Source: Gracilinanus agilis
Lineage: Eukaryota
DNA: 64,000 nucleotides
Direction: 5' to 3'
NCBI RefSeq assembly: GCF_016433145.1
Contig: NC_058133.1
Span: forward strand, 112,060,184 to 112,124,183
Position 1 is the stretch's first letter, and each line of letters opens with the position of its first letter. The position numbers were made by a program, and so were the translations under genes. The notes below the pieces were generated by a model, which was not told where the DNA came from, did no database searches, and worked only from the letters and a program-made list of their open reading frames with translations. Shown here piece after piece: positions 50,900 through 63,505 of this stretch.

Positions 50900-52760
50900 A
50901 AATGGTTTCATTGACCCATCAACTCGGCATGAAAAAAAGTTTCCATGAACAAAACTATATTCAACTCGTTACTGTTCATTTATTGAACACTTAAGTCAAT
51001 AGGGCTAAGTCCCAGAGGCTAAACAACCCAGGAAATAAAGAGATAAGTGAATAGGAAAACTAACAATAAGATGGCATTTGTCGATATGAATCAGAGCTCC
51101 AAAAAATTATTTTATAGAGCTAGAAAAATAGTGAAACTCATCTGAAGGAACAAAAGATCAAGAATATCAAGGGAATAAAATAAAAGTAAAAGAAGGCAGC
51201 CTTATAGCACCAGATCTCAAACTATACCACAAAGTAGTATTAATCAAAACTGTCTGGTACTGGATTAAAAAATAGATATACAGTGGGCAGCTGGGTGTCT
51301 CAGTGGATTGAGGGCCAGGCCTAGAGATGGGAGGTCCTAGGTTCAAATCTGGTCTCAGACATTTCTCAGCTGTGTGACCCTGGACAAGTCACTTAACCCC
51401 TATTGCCTAGCCCTTACCACTCTTCTGCCTTGGAGTCAATACACAGTATTGACTCCAAAATGGAAGGTAAGGGTTAAAAATAATAATAATAAAATGAAAA
51501 ATAGATATACAGAAAGAAATGGCTATAGTAACTTAGTGTTTGATGAACCCAAGTTCCAAGCTATTGACTTGTGAACTCTATTTGACAAACTGCTGGGAAA
51601 AATAGAAAGCAGTGCAGCAGAAACTAGGCATAGACAAACTTCTCATGCCATATACCAAGATAAGCTCAAAATGTATACTATATAAGTAAAGAATTTATCA
51701 GATCCCTGAATAATGATGGAGTTCATGATTGCAAGAGATGGCAAGAATCATAGAACATAAAATAGGTAATTTTTAATTATGTTAAAGTTTTTGCACAAAA
51801 AAAACCAATGTAACCAAAGTTAGGATACCAGGAGGTAGGGAAGATTTTCCAACAAATTTCTCTGATAAAGATTTCATTTTTCAACTATATAAGGAACAAA
51901 GTCTAATTTACAAAAATAAGAATTATTCCTCAGTTGACCAAATGATAAAGAATGTGAAAAGACAGTTTTCAGAAGAAGAAATCAAAGCTTTCAATAGTTA
52001 TATTGATAACATGTTCTAAATCACTACTGATTAGAGAAATGCCCATTAAAACAGCTCTTGAGATACCATCTCACATCTATCAGATAGGTTAACATGACAT
52101 AAAAGGAAAATGATATGCTGGAGGGGGGTGTGGAAAAATAGGGACACTAATGCACCATTAGTGGAGTTCTGAACTGGTCCAGCTATTGTGGGGAACAATT
52201 TGGAACTGTGCTCAAAAGGCTATAAAACTGTACATAGTCTTTGAACCAGCAATATTGCTGCTAGGTCTGTACCCCAAAGAGATAAAGGAAAAGGACCCAT
52301 ATATGCAAAAATGTAAGACCTTTTTGTGGTGGCAAAGAAATGGAAATTGAAAAAGACACTCATTGATTGGGGAATTGCTGAAGAAGTTGTGGTATATGTT
52401 TATGGTGGAAAAACAATTGTGCTACAAGAATGATGAATGGGATGGTTTCAGAAAATCTGGGAAGATTTATATGAACTGGTACAAAGGGAAATGTGCAAAA
52501 CCATCTGTACAATAACAGCAATATTGTAATAAGGATCAGCTGTGAATAACTTACTCTTTTTGATTAAATCAGTGATCTTTAACAATCCCAAAGGATTCAT
52601 GATCCTCCAGAAAGAGAATTGAACTTTGAGTGCACATTGGAGCATATATTCTTTCACATTATTTTTGTTGTCATTTCTTGCAACATGGTTAATGTGGAAA
52701 TATGCTTTGTATGACTTCATCTGTATAATATGTTTCTTATTTGTGGAGGAAGAGCTGATG
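50900..52760 (+). mobile_element. Old 5'-truncated L1 (ORF2 C-terminal part and 3' UTR), with SINE inserted
   Basis: Degenerate ORF2 motifs (gcaccagatctcaaactataccacaaag = PDLKLY.K; tgctggaggggg..tgtggaaaaatagggacactaatgcac = CW.GCG..GTL.H). Confidence 0.85.
51284..51496 (+). mobile_element. SINE1_Mdo-related SINE inserted into old L1
   Basis: 16-bp TSD AAAAATAGATATACAG (51268-83/51497-512). Further related copies at ~2410-2595, ~21430-21630, ~33090-33325, ~48905-49045, ~62120-62300. Confidence 0.9.
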
Positions 52761-53259
52761 GAGACTTCAGAAATGAAAGATTTTTTTAATGGTATTTGTT
52801 CCTGAAATAAGAATTGATTGCATTATGGAATTCAAGACTTGAAGGAACAATGGATATCACTTAATCTAAACTCTTATTTTATAGATGAGAAAACTTAAGT
52901 CTCAGTGAAGGGAGGTGGTATATCCAAACCCACACGAGGTTTAATAGGAGGAGAGAAGGAATGTAAAGTATCCTTTACTCCTAATCCTAAATTCCTTACT
53001 TCAAATCCAATGATCCAGATCCAGTGATCTTTCTGTTGCATCATGAGTTTTTTGGAATCTAATATATCTGGAATCAAAATGTTATTTACTTTATTTTAAT
53101 CATGCTCATCATTTATTTTGTTGCTTTTTGCTGTTGTGAATAGTTTCCTATTTCTGCTTTTTCTGTCCTCAAGGTACCATTACACATATACCAACTACTG
53201 CTCTATTCCTACCTCTTCATAACAAACTTTTCAAGAACTTTCTAAATTTTCTTTTTTAG

Positions 53260-53442
53260 TGGTCAAATGTACAACTCCATACGTTCCCAACGCAGTCCAG
53301 ATATCAGGATTTGGATCCTCTCATACTTATAAGGACACAATTTTTTTTGAATGTAAAGAGGGTTATATCTTACAGAATAATAGCAAGATTACCTGTGAAG
53401 CTGATAATAAGTGGAAGCCTGCACTGCCAATTTGTACTAAAG
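53260..53442 (+). CDS. CD55/CD46-like: Exon 7: CCP5 (CD46 CCP4 / C4BPA CCP4-like)
   Basis: cttttttag acceptor, G|GTATAA donor, 183 nt, phase 1-1; VVKC...QISGFG...YKDTIFFECKEG resembles CD46 VVKC...QISGFG...YKATVMFECDKG. Confidence 0.95.
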
Positions 53443-53751
53443 GTATAAAAATAAGTCTTTTTTTCACTTCTTTCCACTTTGTTATTTCTAATATGAGTAA
53501 TAACACATAGTAACTATAGAAATAATTATTTTTCACTTGTGCAACTTGTACCCATTTACTGTTGTTGTTATACATTTGCCAGTGTAACCTGATTTAATTC
53601 TTAATATTTTTCAAGGCTCAACTCAACTTCTATTTATTATTTGAGGTTATTTTATTCTCCTGGTTTTAGTGTTTGCCTTCACTCCCCTACAATAAGACTT
53701 TCTATTTCCATTTATGTTTATATGTTTTGTGTTAATTAAGTGCATTGAAGC

Positions 53752-54040
53752 TGTAAGATTAAAATTAATATCCAATAACTCTTAAGTATTTTATAAAATT
53801 TATTAATAATCACTTGAAGTAGAAGAAATAAAAAGAACAAAAGTAAAAGCCTGAGGGAAAAAAACATGTGGGTAAAATTTCTTGCCAAGCTCTCACCTTC
53901 AGCCTCCACAGCCTCGTTCCCAGAAGAGCACAAGGAGGGGAGCTACACAAAACTTATATCCTCCCATGTTAGCACTTAACATGAGAAGGAACATGGGAAG
54001 CTGGGATTTAGAGTCCTAGGGAACAAGTTCTAATTATACA
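53752..54040 (-). mobile_element. Solo LTR (289 bp) downstream of exon 7
   Basis: TGTAAG...TATACA ends; perfect 4-bp TSD AAGC (53748-51/54041-44); same family as 30632-30930. Confidence 0.8.
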
Positions 54041-54049
54041 AAGCAGATG

Positions 54050-56584
54050 TTTCATATGTAGGTGGGACTTGGACCTAGATTTTCCCAGTGTTTAGACCAG
54101 ATTTCTGTCCATTCCAGTGATTCTTTGTCCCTACCTGTCATTAAAACTGTTTTCTGTACACCATTGGCCATTTCCTTATTCCTATCAATCTCCCTTATTC
54201 TGTTCACCACCTTAATGCCCATTCCATTCAAGATCTACCTCCCCCTCCTACTGTGCTCTTAAAATACTAGTAAGGTAAGACTCTTGCTTTTATCTTAAAC
54301 TTTTTCTCTCTCCTTCCGTCTTTGAAACTGGCTCCCTTCTGGTCACAACCTCTGGTTTTACTTTCATTCATACCCTCCATCATGGTCATGGTGGGGGAAT
54401 TTGGGATCCCCCTTGCTTTTCTATTGCCTCTTTTGGCTATCACTTTGCCACCACCATTCATTCAGTAACCTCTCCTCCTTTAAAGTTCACTCACTCCATA
54501 TATATTAATTAAGATCCTGCTAGCAGTTTTCTACCAACATCTAGAACATTCTTCTTTTCTCACTGAGTTCATTGTCAGGCTCAAGTTCTTTCCACTCCCC
54601 AACTCCTACCCCATACTATGGGACTCCAGCACTCTCACTGATAGTCTCTTAAAAGCTCTCCTCTCTACTTTCTTCAGCATATGTTTTTGCTGTGTCCTGA
54701 TTCTCTACTCTATATCAGCTACACCTCGAGACAGCCATACCCCTGATCTTCCCTTCACTTAAGTATTTCACCATCAGGCCCATCATTTCCCTCTGTGATC
54801 CCAATTTGTGTCATTCTACCTCTCCCTCTTGTCACAGCCTCAGACTTTATTCTTTGTTCATACCATAGCCTCCAATCCTTCCACTTCTCCGTTCTTATGG
54901 GTCATCACCCATACATTGTCTACTTGCCCCCCCTGCCCAGCTGTTAATGTATTGGTGAGTTAATTCAGCACTGTACTGGTCTCTTTTCTTGGGGCTCTTA
55001 TGCCCTTTCTAGTCTTCCTCTGCTAGACTTCAGACTTAGGTTGTTATCATTGTCTGTTGCCTTTTGTTCTGCTCACGTGCTGAAATAAAGCTGGAAAAAC
55101 TCATGAAACTGTGCTAAGTAGGCCCTCTACAGATTTATGTTCTATAATCCTGTGGTGAAAATTTATCACACCAATACAGGACTCCAAGCTAAATAATAGG
55201 TTTATTGAGAGGAGGCCCACTTCACAATAAAGCTGGACCCTGGTCCCATCAGAACCAGAGACCCTGAGCCTTAGGACATGGCCTTTTTTATAGAGAGAAA
55301 TCTTAGGACATTGTGACAGTGATACAAAAATAGAAAAAGATGCTAAAATCTTTCAGTTAGGTGGTACTTAATTAGTGATACACCTTCTGATTAAGCAAGT
55401 GATTGTAAAAGATCACTTTGGGTGATGAGGCTATTATTTATTATTGCTGACCTTTTAAAGGTCCTTACACTCTTGGTGTCTCTTACTGACAATAATTAGG
55501 AGTCAGCAATTTAGAGAAACAAGAGGGGCCCTCTGCCTGTGTGACCATCTTGTGCTTGCACCCAAGCAGGGTGTGGTGAGCTTGGTAGTGACTTTTGGTT
55601 ATAAGCCTAAGCTGAAAAGGATGTAAACAAGATTTGATACCACCCTAAACTGTATCTTTCTTAGCTAATCCTTATAATTTTTATAAAGCAAATATGTCAC
55701 TTTGGCTATTCACTCAAAACTAATGATTATGTTATTAAAATAATCATAAGGGCTAATACTACTATAATCATAAAAGTGTGTAGGGGGTTTCACACTCACA
55801 CTCTCAAATGGGCCTTCACTCCTGCAAGACATTTCTTTTATGCCTCCCTAAGCAATCACTATTCACTCACCACAGCAGCTTTTCCAGATCTTTTTATCCC
55901 TCCTAAAACTTGTTACTTCCTTTCCCCTTACTCTCCAAGCTGAGAACTTTGCCCCATATTTACCAAGAACTCCCTCTTATTCCTTTAAAAATCTTATATC
56001 CCCTGTACCCCTTCTCTTTCTCTCTCCTTCTTTACTTTTATCTTTCATGAGGAGTTTGCTCTTCTTGAAGGTTGACCCTTTTATCCAGACTTAATCATTA
56101 ATCTTCATTTCACCCTGCTTACTGGCTGCTTTCCTAATGCCTTCAAATATGGTCATGTCTCCCCCTTCCTCCAAAAATCCTTATTTAATTTGTTCATTCT
56201 TCCTAGCTATTATCCCACACCTCTTCCATTTTGTGGCTAAATTCCCCTCAAGACAATCTACAGTTGGTGCTCCACATTACTGCCAAGTTCATCAAGCTGC
56301 AGGCTAGGAGTCATCCTCTACTCCTTGCTCATTTCTTATTCCCTCATTTCCAATATGTTACCCAATCCTGTTTTTATATCTTTAAACATTTTTTGTAAAA
56401 GACACTACTATTCCTCTATTATTACTACTTCCTCTAGTACTCTTTACTTTATATCCTAGACTTGCAATAGTGTGCTGGTTGGTCTCCCTGCCTCAAGTCT
56501 TTCTCCAGCACACTGTCAAATTGATCTTCCTTAATTGCAGGTCTAATCATGTTGCTCTCCCCCTCTCCCCCTTCATTTAACTCT
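54050..56584 (+). mobile_element. Degraded L2 LINE, left part (continues after the L1 at ~60864-61310)
   Basis: Endonuclease-like remnant (acacctcgagacagccatacccctgatctt, T-H-x-x-G-H-T-L-D-L-like); L2 3' motifs (ctccctgcctcaagtct..., gatccaatataaagtcctctg) split across the L1. Confidence 0.7.
55150..55791 (-). mobile_element. LTR-like element inserted in L2
   Basis: TGTGGTGAAA...TTTCACA ends with flanking L2 sequence continuing; AATAAA-like signal on minus strand; no clear TSD. Confidence 0.55.
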
Positions 56585-59500
56585 TAAAAAAATTTTTTTT
56601 CACTTTATTTTTAAACATTTTCCCATTTTTACAAGATTTATTTTCTTTCCCTCCATTCTTCCCTCCCCCCTCCCAGAGCCAACTAGCCATTCCACTGGAT
56701 TGTACAAATGATACCCATTTCCATATTATTCATTTTTACTATAGAGTGATTTTTTTAAGGCCTAAACCCCAAATCACATACCCATATATCATGTGATAAG
56801 TGATGTCATTTGTTTTGCTTTTGCATTTCTACTCCCACAGTTCTTTCTCTCAATGCGGATAACATTCTTTTACATAAGTCCCTCAGGAGTGTCCTTGTTT
56901 GTTGCATTGCTACTGGTAGCAAAGTCCATTACAATGGATTTTTCCACAATGTTTTACTTTCTATATACAGTTCTTCTGGTTTTGCTCATTTCATTCTGCA
57001 TCAGTTCATTGAAATTCTCCCACTTCATATGGAAAGCTTCCAGATCATCAATCCTTACAGCACAATAGTATTTCCTCACCATCATATACCACAATTTGTT
57101 CAGCCATTCCCCAATTGAGGGACACTCCCTCATTTTCTAATTTTGTTGCCACCACAAAGAGCGCAGCTATGAATATTTTTGTACATGTATTTTTCTCTAT
57201 TATCTCTTTGGGATACAAACCCAGCAATGGTATTGCTGGATTAAAGGGCAAGCAGTCTTTTAAAGTCCTTTGGGCATAATTCCATATTGCCTCCCAGAAT
57301 GGCTGGATTAATTCACAACTCTACCAGCGATGCATTAGTGTCCCGATTTTGCCACATCCCCTCCAATATTTGTTATTTTCCTTTACTGTCATATTGGCCA
57401 ATCTGCTAGGTGTGAGGTGATAGACCTGAGTATTGTTTTGATTTGCTTTTCTCTAATTATGAGAGATTTAGAATACTTTTTCATGTGCTTATTGATAGTT
57501 TTGATTTCTTTATCTGAAAACTGCCTATTCATGTCCCTTGACCATTTGTCAACTGGGGAATGGCTTGATTTTTTGTACAATTTACTTACTCCTTATAAAT
57601 TTGAGAAATGAAACCTTTGTCAGAGGTTTTTGTTATAAAGATTTTTTTCCCCAATTTGTTGCTTCCCTTCTAATTTTGGTTGCATAGGTCTTATTTGTAG
57701 AGAAACTTTAATTTAATATAATCAAAATTATTAGTTTTACATTTTGTATCTCCTGCTTGGTCTGAAATTCCTTCCTTTCCCATAGATCTGACAGATATAC
57801 TATTCTATGTTCACCTAATTTGTTTATGATTTCCCTCTTAAGTTATTTCCCACTCTGAGTTAATCTTGGTATAGGGTGTAAGATGTTGATCTAAGCTTAA
57901 TTTTGTCATATTGTTTTCCAATTCTTCCAGCAGTTTTTGTCAAATAGTGGGTTCTTGTCTCAAAAGCTGGGATCTTTGGGTTTATCGAACTCTATCTTAC
58001 TACTGTCATTTACTCCAAGTCTATTCCATTGATCCATCCTTCTATCTCTAAGCCAGTACTGTAGTTTTGATGATCACTGCTTTATGGTATTATTTGAGAT
58101 CTGGTAAAGCTAGGCCTCCATCCTTCACATTTTTTTTCATTATTTCCCTTTGATATTCTTGATCTTTTTATACTTCCAGATAAACTTTGTAATAATTTTT
58201 TCTAATTCTATGAAAAAAAGTGTTTTGGTAGTTTGATAGGTATAGCACTGAATAAGTAAATTAATTTTGGTAGGATTGTCACTTTTATTATATTAGCTCA
58301 TCCTACCCATGAACAATTGATGTTTTTTCAATTGTTTATATCTAGTTTTATTTGTATGAAGAGTGTTTTGTAGTTATGTTCATATAATTCTTGAATTTCT
58401 TTTGGCAAGTAGATTCCCAGGTATTTTATCTTGTCTAGAGTAATTTTAAATGGAGTCTCTCTTTCTCTTGCTGATGGGTTTTGTTGGAAACATAGGAGTG
58501 CTGATGATTTTTTTATGTGGGTTTATTTTGTACCCTGAAACTTTGCTAAAGTTAATGATTATTTCTACTAGTTTTTTTAGTTGATTTTATTGGATTTTCT
58601 AGGTATACTATCATGTCATCTGCAAAGAGTGATAATTTAGTTTCCTCATTGTCTACTTTGATCCCTTCAATTTTTTTTCTTCTCTAATTGCTACTGATAG
58701 CATTTCTAGTACAATATTAAATGGTAGTGGTGATAATGGGCATTCCCTGATTCATTCCTGGTCTTATTGGGAAGGCATCTGACTTATCCTCATTGTAGAT
58801 GATATTTACTGATGGTTTTAAATAAATACTATTTATTATTTTAAGTAAAGACCCTTCTATTTCTATGTTTTCTAGTGTTTTCAATAGGAATGGGTGCTAT
58901 ATTTTGTCAAAGGTCTTTTCTGCATCTATTGAGATAATAATGTGATTTCTATTAGTTTGGTTGTTGATATGGTCAATTATGTATGTGGATGGTTTTCCTA
59001 ATATTAAACCATTTTTGATACCATAATCTCTGCCTATTGAATAATACTTTTATCTACTATGATAATGAAAACAATTTTTAAGAGTTATAGATATCATTTT
59101 TCCATATAGGAATATAATCAGTTTGACCTTACTGAAGCCCTTAAAATTTTCCCCTCCTTTTTCTCATTTACCTTTTTTCTTGTTTTCTTGAATTTTGTAT
59201 TTGGACATCAAATTTTCCATTTAGTTCTGGTCTTTTCTTTAGGAATGCTTGGAAATCTTCTATTTTGTTAAGTGCCCATACTTTCCTCTGAAAGTATATA
59301 GTCAGTTTTGATGGGTAGGTGATTCTTGGTTGTAGACCCAATTCTCTTGCCTTCTTGAATATTATATTCCAAGCCTTGCGGTCCTTTAGTTTGGAGACTG
59401 CCAGATTCTGTGTAATCCTGACTGGACCTCCTTGACATATGAATTGTCTCTTTCTGGCTGTTTGAAATATTTTCTCCTTGGCCTGGAAGGTTTTGAATTT

Positions 59501-60845
59501 GGATATACCATTCCTGGGTGTCATCTTTTGGGGATTTATTGTAGGGGGTGCTCTATGGAGTCTTTCAATGTTTATTTTGCCCTCTTGTTCAAGAATATCG
59601 GGGCAGTTTTCTTGGATCATTTCTTTAATATGATGTCAAGGATTTTATTTTGTTCTAGGCTTTCAGGTAGACCAATAATTCTCAAATTGTCTCACCTGGA
59701 TCTGTTTTCCAGGTCATTTTTCTTTTCAATGAGATATTTCATGTTTCCTCCTATTTTTTCATTCTTTTGATTTTGCTTTATTAATTCTTGCTGTCTTGTG
59801 AGGTCATTAGCTTCTTCTTACCCAATTCTAGTCTTTAAAGACTGATTTTCAGCCTATGATCTTTAGATTTTCCTTTTTGGTTTGATCTGTCCTGCTTTTC
59901 ATGGCTTCCAGCAGGTCAATTCTGGTCTCCAATTTGTTTATTTGATTTCTGTGTCTCTTTTTCCATATAGGTAATTTTGTTTTTTAAGCTGTTATTTTCT
60001 TTTTGTATTACTTTAATTTCTTTTTCCCACTTTTCATCCCATTTTTCTTCTAGCTTTCTTGCTTGGTTCTTGAATTCCTTTTTTAGTTCCTCGAGAGCTT
60101 GTGACAAATTTCCATTTTGGGGGGAAAGTTTGGATGTGTTTGCTTGTTTTTTTCACTCTCTGCTGTTGCTTCTGTATTTTGCTCTTTTTCTCCATAGAAA
60201 TTTTTCAGGGTCGAGTTTTTTTTGCTGTTGCTTATTTCTTTTGCCACTAGAGGATTAGAGTTCTTGCATGTTGGTGGTCATTGTTTTCTTAGCTTCTGTC
60301 TTGCACAGCTTCGCCTTGGTAGTATCTTCCCTTCCCTGTCAGAAGTCTGAATGAGGGCAGGTAAATCTGTGATTTTTTTTGTGTGTAGCAAGCTTTAAAG
60401 TGTTTTGCCCTAAGGCTATCTTTCCAGCCCCTGCTGCCTCAGCTGTGGCCAGCCTCGCTTCTGCCCAAGCTCAGCATTCTGCTGCCCAGGCTCTGCTCCC
60501 TTCAGCCTTGGGTCCCAAGTCTCGCTGCCAAGGCCTTCCCACTGTCCTTATGGTTAAGTCTTTTGTGCCTTCAGCCGCCCCCAAGAATTTAGAGATTGCC
60601 CTGACCCTCGCTCTGACTCTGGTGCAGTAGATGGTATGGGGGAAGAGTGATCAGCTTGCCAATTGATAAGTGTATTTTCTCCCCCTTATAGCATGGGGAT
60701 CCCCAAACACTGCCTACCTTTAAGGCTGCATCCAGTGGGAGAGCCCCTTTATTTGTCTGATTTTGATTTCTGTCCTTTTTAGACATTTTGTAATCAGTTG
60801 GAAGGAGATTCAGAAGGCTCCTCCTTCTATGCTGCCATCTTAGTT
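56585..60845 (-). mobile_element. L1 with 5' end and ORF1 but internally deleted ORF2, antisense in intron 7
   Basis: 5' start AACTAAGATGGCAGC; ORF1p C-terminus (59168-59620, ...RITYPSKLTI...) and coiled-coil fragments; ORF2 resumes at WFNIRK near 59012; L1 3' UTR and A-rich tail; 18-bp TSD CCCCCTTCATTTAACTCT (56567-84)/CCCCCTTCATTCAGCTCT (60846-63). Confidence 0.93.
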
Positions 60846-61327
60846 CCCCCTTCATTCAGCTCTAATGCCCTCTTTATCAACTGCAAGATCCAATATAAAG
60901 TCCTCTGTTTAATGTTCAAAATCTTTCATAACTTGAGCCTCTTTTACTTTTCAGACTTCTTAAATACACTCTCCTACTCTCTTGTGTACTCCCATGATCC
61001 AATGGCACTGACCCCCTTTGCTTTGCCTCCCACAAGATACTCCATCTCCTAACTTGAGGGATTTTACTTACTGTCCTCTATACCTGACTTATCTCTGTGT
61101 TCTGGCTTCCATTGAGACTGAGCCAAAATTCTAAGTACAAGAAAACTTTTCCTATTCCCCTAAATCCTAGTTTCTTCCCTCTGTTGGTTATTTCTAATTT
61201 GTCTCACACATATGTATGTATATGTATGCATGCATTTACACACATACCTTGTTTGAACAAAGTTGTTTATATGTTGTCTCCCCCATTTGATTGTGAGCAC
61301 CTTGAGAACTCAGAGTTTCCTTAAAGG

Positions 61328-61645
61328 TGTGCAGTTTAAAAATGTTCTCCCAGGACTCTACCACAGCTTCCTCAGACACATCCCACTTCCTTTGTGGGAT
61401 GTGTCTGAGAAAGTATAAGAGAGAGAGGCGCCGGTGCTTTTGGCTCCTTTTTCCACCAGAAGCGCCTTTTTTTGAGAATCGAGGAGAGCCTTGGTCCCCT
61501 TGGAGATCTAATTCCTTGCCTTCTCCCTTACCTAACTTTTTCTAATCTAAATAAACCCAGCTTTTCTATCCCTAAAGTTGTAGCCTGATTTTTGTTGAGC
61601 TCCTATGGGTTTGGGTCAATTTCCCACCAGAGCTCGGGACTACCA
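61328..61645 (+). mobile_element. LTR-like element containing a perfect 16-bp hairpin
   Basis: Starts TG; TATA-like GTATAAG and AATAAA (~61550); ends approximate. Confidence 0.5.
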
Positions 61646-61930
61646 GCTCATCTACCTTCCTCCTATTCCCTTTACCTTCATTTCCCTTCCTTCTCCTACC
61701 TTCCTACCTCACTCCCTTCTTTCAACTCACAAAATTTTTCTTTTTTTTTTGGTCTTTCTTTGTATTCCTAGCTCTTAACATAGTCCCTGGCACTTATAAT
61801 GAAGAACTTACAATGAAGAAAAATTGCAGGAATTTTTATTTATGGAAAAGATAGAACTCTTACTTTATATTAAGATCAGTGACTCTTAAGCTTTTTAAAA
61901 ATAATCTACTTTCCTTTTTTGAATTTCTAG

Positions 61931-61978
61931 CACCTGTTCTTCCTTCCAGTCAAGCACCACCTGCCACAAGTAGTCCAG
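61931..61978 (+). CDS. CD55/CD46-like: Exon 8: STP mini-exon 1 (APVLPSSQAPPATSSP)
   Basis: gaatttctag acceptor, 48 nt, phase 1-1, resembles CD46 STP-A VLPPSSTKPPALSHS; donor CAG|GTTCAG is non-consensus. Confidence 0.8.
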
Positions 61979-63505
61979 GTTCAGTAATTCCTCATTTAAT
62001 ATATATTTTTAAAGAATCTTATAGTACTTTGGGTTATCATTCATTCACTATTTTCATTGAATGCAAAATGCAGTGGTGATACAAATGAAATAAGATGTGT
62101 AGTAAAAAGAGAAAAGAGAAGGGCAGCTAGGTAGCACAGTGGGCAGAGTGCCAGGCCTGGAGAATCTGGGTTTAAATTTGGCCTCAGACACTTACTATTT
62201 GTGTAACTCTGGGTAAGTGAACCCCAGTTGCCTAGCCCTCACTGTTCCCCTGCTTTAGAATAAATACTTGATATTAATTTTAAGACCAAAAGTAAGTTTT
62301 AAAGAAAGAAAAGGGAAGAAAGAAAGGCCAAGATTCAATTCTTCCCACCTCCATCCCCTCCAGTGTTTATTTCCAATGGTATTTAGTGACTTGCTCACTT
62401 ATCTTCCATAAGCTAACATGGTGGTGCCTTTTGTGGAATTCATCATAATTTTTCAGAATTCACTCTGTTTATTGTGTTCTGAACTGTGGAGGTGTTCTAG
62501 GTCTGAGAACTGTTCTCACATGACCAGTGCAGTATCACAAGCACTCACCTAATACTTTCTCCTGTTCTTGCTCTGAACCTATTGCTGGGAGAAGGAATTG
62601 GGATATTGGTCCACTTCTTCAAATGATACCTGGACATTTCATTCAGTCATAGAAGCATAGCTAGAAGGGACCATGGAAACTATTTAGTTCAGTCCCCTCA
62701 TTTTATAGATGAGGAAATGAGGCCTAAGAAAGATGTGGTCCCAAAGTTGAAGGGATTAAAACTCCCTTGAAGTACTCTTCTGCTTGGAACCAATACACAG
62801 TATTGATTCCAAGACAGAAGGTAAGAGTTTAAAAAAAATGCTTTAAAAAATGTTATTTTTTGTCAACAGTGATAAAAAATATATCATGATATTTTTTGCT
62901 CCTGAGCAAGCTATAAAATATCTGAGCTAGGAGTTATTCCTATGTGTTGATATATACTGCAATTGAATGAATCTTCTGACTAAGATTCCCAAATGGGATA
63001 TGGATATGGTAATATCCCATAAATATATTCTACTTATAGATGTGTGTACACACACACACACACATATATATATAGCATTTGTTTATATATATGTATATAT
63101 AACACAGCTATGTTTTATAAGGATTCATTTTATTTTATTATCACTTTTACTTTTTAGCAGTTCATCTATACTCTTGTGTCCATTGTGAACTCATGATTGT
63201 ATTTCACGCTATCAAGCAATCTATTATGTATTTAATTTGATTTTTGCAGTTTTTCATAGGAGCTGAGCACTTAATATAGGTTTGTAAAGTTTCCATGGCA
63301 ATGGAGTTAAAAATTATTAAATAGAAAAGAATAGCAAATGGTCAATAATAATTCAAGTTTATTAGGCAAAGAGAAATTGGAGTTTTTGTTTCTGGAGATT
63401 AAAAGAACAAAACTTTTAATATCTATACTGATGAAATTAGAGTAGTGGTTCCTAAAATTTTTTTTTAAATTATTAAATATGCCTTTCTTTTGGGGACTTT
63501 TCTAG

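Noticed and set aside
62490-62545. Possible third STP exon (ttctag|gtctgagaactgttctcaca...)
   Set aside because: In-frame TGA after 7 codons, and it lacks the shared gttcagtaatt donor.
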